IMG/VR virus record: IMGVR_UViG_3300042309_002320 | Location: 1 to 64,000 of that record | Direction: 5' to 3' (one strand) | Length of the DNA: 64,000 nucleotides | DNA from: a virus | Shown: piece after piece, positions 60,901 to 64,000 of the stretch | Layout of the letters: each line of letters begins with the position of its first letter | How positions within the stretch are numbered: position 1 is the first letter of the stretch | Translations under genes and position numbers: made by a program | The notes under the pieces: model-generated | Told to the model about the DNA's origin: nothing | The model's input: only the letters and a program-made list of their open reading frames with translations | The model's database searches: none

Positions 60901-63900
60901 TACTAAGTTGTGGTTCCAATAGTTCTCCTAATTGTTTGTAAGAGCATACGGGCAACATAGTTGGTGTTGGAGTAACTCTGGGGGTAGATGTAGGAACAGG
61001 AGTTCGTGTTGGGGTAGGTGATGGCGTTGGAGACGGTACTGCTTGACCTATCGGTAATACGCACACACAATCAATCGCTGCTCCAAAGCAACCACAATTA
61101 GCGCATGTGCTTTCAAATCTGATTGTTGTTGTTGTGCTTGAAGCGGTAAAATCTATTATTTCTGCGATCCATCCCATGCTTTCGTATGATTCAAATGTTG
61201 TATTGCTAGGATCAAAAGAGAAATTATATTCTTCAGCATAGGTGCCTGTGATAACAACCTTAAATGTTCTTATAACATTAATATTTCCATAATTATTACC
61301 AGATTTTTTAAATGATAGTCTATAAACACCATTTACAATCGTTGGTATATTTTGTTCAATATAACCAGGACTACAAGAATTTAAATCAACCCATACTTTA
61401 ATTGGTTGATTTGTCCCATAGAAGTGCAACGAATGAACATCAACATTATTGGTTACCCAATTAGCTGCTGTTCCTAAATTCATTGATGGTACACTAATCT
61501 CGAAATCACCATTAACAACCAAATTATTAGCACAAGATGGACAATCAGGAACCACCGGTATAGTAATTGGTGGAGGACAAACAAAGTTAGTATCGATTTC
61601 TTGACCACGTCCAGATGATGTTGCACTAGACGGATCTGGTAAATTATTGGATTTGGTGGCATATGTAAAATATGCAGCATTAGCGGATCCGCCAGAATAG
61701 TATGCCGCTTTATACCATTCATTTTCAGTAGGAATAGCATATTTTGCTGCCGGATTTCTTGTTATCGATGACTGACTCATGTCATACGCGCCATTTTCTG
61801 TGATTCCATAGTCATTAGAGTCTTTAGAATCTATTTTTCCATTACTAAGCCAATTACAATATCTAGCTAAATCAAACCATGTTATATAATTTACTGGTTT
61901 ATCTCCCATATTTAATTTTGTTGTATAATAATATAAAGAATCTTTTTCGGTGCGTAATATACCTCCTCTAGGATCGTTGCTCATAGCTTCTTTATATAGA
62001 TTATATCTATCATAAACACTAGCAACAGAATTTAAAAATTGTGCATATTCACAATTGGTTAATAGATATTTTTTGATTGCGTATCTATAAACGACAGAGC
62101 CGTATCCATTAGTATCAGCAACATTATTAACATCATCAATTAATGCATAATTAATAAGATCTAACGATCTAGTATCTCTAACTATTATTCGTCCACCAAT
62201 AGTAGCATTAGCTGATATTGGAGACTGTGGACTTCTATAGCCTGATCCAAGTTCTAGACTATTGGATATCCATGATCCTCCTCTAACAATTCTACTACTA
62301 CTAACCTGACCCTCTGTCCATTCATTTAAATTACCAGTTTGATCATACGTTCCATAAAAACTACTACTACCATTTGTTCCGACAGTTGTTACATTACCTG
62401 TCTGATCGTTCCACACAGCAACAGAACCATAATTAGCAGTTGATACCAAATTGAAACTTGCTGGCGAAGCTGGCTCATTAAATGATTCATTACAAGAAAT
62501 ACATTGTTTTGTTGGATAATGTAATTTGTAAAAAATCTCGTATTCATGACATACTATTAAATTATTAAGCTGAATTTGCATAACATCAGTAGTTAATAAT
62601 GTACAGTTTTCTCTATTAGCAGAACTCCAACAATCTTTAATATCTTGATACGATGAAGGAGATGTTTGTATTCTATAATTAATATTTAATCTATTATTTC
62701 CTTTTTGTGGCTTTAGATAATTTTGCTGTATAATATTATCCGATGTTAAGGTTTTAAATGATAAATTTTGTGCAGAAGATCCTGATACTTGTAAACAGCT
62801 TTGAGCAACTTGATTTGTAGCAGCAGCGTATATCCAATCGAGCCATCTTTCTGACGAGCAATTAAATTCTACAAACTGATATTGTAAAGTTTCTACAATA
62901 TATTCTATAAACTCATTAATCCCCGGTTCTATATCGGCCCTATTCATTGAACCGCTTACGTCTACAAATATTAAAATTCTAATTGGGGTCTCTTGATCTG
63001 TTTGTTCAATAATCGGTAAGAAGTGAGTTTCGAATTGTGTTAAAATATCGTTATAAGTTGTTGGTCTACTTACTTTAACCACCCTGTCTGTTCCAAAAGG
63101 AAGTTTAGGAACAGCATTAGATGGATATATCCATTGTGTACTATCTGCTGGAGCTAATACTATAAATCTTTCAGCATCTACAGCTCCATTTTCTATTAGA
63201 GATGTAACATTATTGGTATCTTCGACCCAGTCTTTTCCTATAGTACCTAGGAGTCCAACATAGTCCGGATTTGCTTCGTCAATAAATATCATGATAAAAT
63301 CTGTTGGTAAAATAACAGCTGGTGGTATGTATATACCAGTTACTTCTGGTCCAATAAATTCGCAATGTTTAGTTAATGTTACTACTCTAAAATCATAATA
63401 TTCTCCTAATTCTAATCCTGTTATAGATGTCGATGCTGTATCTAATATAAAAGCGTCTCTAATCCATGATGATGAACTAGTTTTATACTCTATAACATAT
63501 CCTTCTATATCTGGATACTGTGGTATTTGATCTTCCCAGCTCAACGATACAATATTATCACTAACCTCGTAATTAGTAATTATTGATGATGCTACAGTAG
63601 TAGCGCCACACTCAACAAAGTCCGGACACTCCAAAATAAATGATTCGGTTCTTGATACTCCACTAGTTTTATCTTTTATGATAGTTTCCAGTATAAATTG
63701 TTTTAACTCAACATTTTTAGTAATGCCAACAAAAGCATTTTGTCTAGTATTAGATGCTTTAAAAGTAAAAAATTCTTTATCTAAATATGCTCTATTACTA
63801 AAATCTGCATCTAAGCATTTATCTGGTGACGGAGTAGGAGTTGGTGTGGGGGTGACGCTGGGCGTTGGTCCAAATACTGGTAATGTTGGTGGCGGGGTTG

Positions 63901-64000
63901 TGGGAGGAGAAACTAAATTGCAATCATAGTCTGTAAATTGTACTTTTCCATCCGGCTTGCCATTACCAAAACCATCTGCTTCTACGCACTGAAATAAATT
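57908..64000 (-). CDS. Giant modular adhesin/fibre (5' partial, >2030 aa): FN3, permuted vWA, permuted FGE/CLec, DUF642-like, FG-GAP and YVTN propellers, TP and poly-Pro linkers
   Basis: I translated 63635-64000 and the frame stays open to the window end, so the TTG at 63634 is probably not the true start. Domain motifs: LSW...Y.IEY...ITGL..GE.Y.FRV; DVSGSM; GTYDQTGNLNEW; NGDFE...GAAID. Confidence 0.85.
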   Translation of the reverse strand, partial: NLFQCVEADGFGNGKPDGKVQFTDYDCNLVSPPTTPPPTLPVFGPTPSVTPTPTPTPSPDKCLDADFSNRAYLDKEFFTFKASNTRQNAFVGITKNVELKQFILETIIKDKTSGVSRTESFILECPDFVECGATTVASSIITNYEVSDNIVSLSWEDQIPQYPDIEGYVIEYKTSSSSWIRDAFILDTASTSITGLELGEYYDFRVVTLTKHCEFIGPEVTGIYIPPAVILPTDFIMIFIDEANPDYVGLLGTIGKDWVEDTNNVTSLIENGAVDAERFIVLAPADSTQWIYPSNAVPKLPFGTDRVVKVSRPTTYNDILTQFETHFLPIIEQTDQETPIRILIFVDVSGSMNRADIEPGINEFIEYIVETLQYQFVEFNCSSERWLDWIYAAATNQVAQSCLQVSGSSAQNLSFKTLTSDNIIQQNYLKPQKGNNRLNINYRIQTSPSSYQDIKDCWSSANRENCTLLTTDVMQIQLNNLIVCHEYEIFYKLHYPTKQCISCNESFNEPASPASFNLVSTANYGSVAVWNDQTGNVTTVGTNGSSSFYGTYDQTGNLNEWTEGQVSSSRIVRGGSWISNSLELGSGYRSPQSPISANATIGGRIIVRDTRSLDLINYALIDDVNNVADTNGYGSVVYRYAIKKYLLTNCEYAQFLNSVASVYDRYNLYKEAMSNDPRGGILRTEKDSLYYYTTKLNMGDKPVNYITWFDLARYCNWLSNGKIDSKDSNDYGITENGAYDMSQSSITRNPAAKYAIPTENEWYKAAYYSGGSANAAYFTYATKSNNLPDPSSATSSGRGQEIDTNFVCPPPITIPVVPDCPSCANNLVVNGDFEISVPSMNLGTAANWVTNNVDVHSLHFYGTNQPIKVWVDLNSCSPGYIEQNIPTIVNGVYRLSFKKSGNNYGNINVIRTFKVVITGTYAEEYNFSFDPSNTTFESYESMGWIAEIIDFTASSTTTTIRFESTCANCGCFGAAIDCVCVLPIGQAVPSPTPSPTPTRTPVPTSTPRVTPTPTMLPVCSYKQLGELLEPQLSNRGLVTYSLSRNGSTIAGLFVNTVVVYDWNNTAWIERASRITLDNAEIVTAFSGNDSIDTDTAGTTVAIGTPRHSTSIYSTVGQYKGKVTVYMWNGTSWSKKGSDILGINTGEGLGSIVSMSSDGNTIAIGSPDYVGSTGAEQATAGKIKVYEFINGTWTQKGFSIFGENSTDLVGYYPNIKLSPDGSRLFIGITTGIVRVYDWINNAWVKSATISTSFSPSAGNILWYIDAKSNDTFVASGRSRVEVYTLINNQWTLKGSPITSIFATNEDGRAAISETNNILAIMHKDPISIINERIIIYEYVNNNWIYKEKLSDNIRSANIFQTMQINNAGTRVVDTVYNNAGRVALRCSGYECVVPTPTPTPSITLTRTPQITVTPTSTVAAVVPSVTPTRTPTRTPSSSPLPLTQCTHSTEVLFPTTEAYGCYFNNSSKKLYLVDVISDRIRVVNSITKSITSSISGPAGAEFGNLIINESLNKLYLINYGTPNNGSVLVINGSTDSLVNTISLQSKIHPSALAINSVTNKIFIMRYDSNSNAILTAINCSTDTIETSISLNKLFGNGNVSVDENNNKIYVVVSNHVGASPEHTLFIIDGSTYAVTTINNFSPGSISVTPYIFNNKLYSFDARQAGSQSSIRIYELNQSTSYYQQNPSLLSTISIVNDLLGSSYNVENFLKIDKNNKVGYYITYNNNLTDNYVVGVNLETKQNRSIINKIGPQYLGHLDVDQTTGSLYIPRYSSGNGIVLAGPCGSSNPVTPTRTPAPTPTPTRGLATGPLSIFNCVTNANGSITVSLKGILQSNQNAILFIKPLNQIYYQDAGCGSGPVAVTWTGQLPKDSLNTASSSSLPLSSSVTITHMTCHYNDCGNCAPNCALTPLRANVTHVVELYVYGPSGSYCSRCNEPSSPPPPPPPPPPPPPVNAGECYYYCDVYGGLSSTNDSEVAVVLESLPSPYTAYRWVLYQSVCNQGYSCSQPNELIYPCHPAVQGTYISTTCVPTI

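Noticed and set aside
1-64000. Stop-codon reassignment as seen in some large phages
   Set aside because: Long genes are intact in the standard code, and TAA, TAG and TGA all end genes at coupled junctions.
63634-64000. TTG start at 63634 for the 1908-aa ORF
   Set aside because: The frame stays open to the window end and encodes further TP linker and domain-like sequence, so the gene is 5' partial.

Overview
An AT-rich, densely coding segment of a large dsDNA bacteriophage genome in the standard genetic code. I found no rRNA, tRNA or CRISPR array. The host is uncertain; some protein families are of types I associate with Planctomycetota phages. The + strand (1-40769) carries, in order: a 5'-partial sulfotransferase; a cluster of small membrane proteins with a holin-like gene and a papain-family peptidase (candidate lysis module); two large modular Thr/Pro-rich adhesin or fibre proteins; an RgpF-like protein; nucleotide metabolism genes (dCMP deaminase, class Id-type ribonucleotide reductase, MazG/dUTPase-like, PhoH, dNMP kinase); a replication/recombination block (RecA, DnaB, primase, Cas4-like nuclease with a Gly-initiated class 3 intein, DnaE split into two genes around a DEDDh exonuclease, SSB); and an eight-gene cluster with one intact Zn-finger GT4 glycosyltransferase followed by mostly degenerate GT, methyltransferase and nucleotidyltransferase-like genes. 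The - strand (40770-64000) encodes very large putative virion or tail proteins, the last running off the window. Main highlights are the intein-less split DnaE, the non-canonical intein, circularly permuted FGE/C-type-lectin and vWA domains in Cys-capped mucin-like fibres, the GT pseudo-enzyme cluster inside the replication module, and a recurring ATGGTGTA upstream motif. All family assignments come from motif recognition by eye, not database searches.
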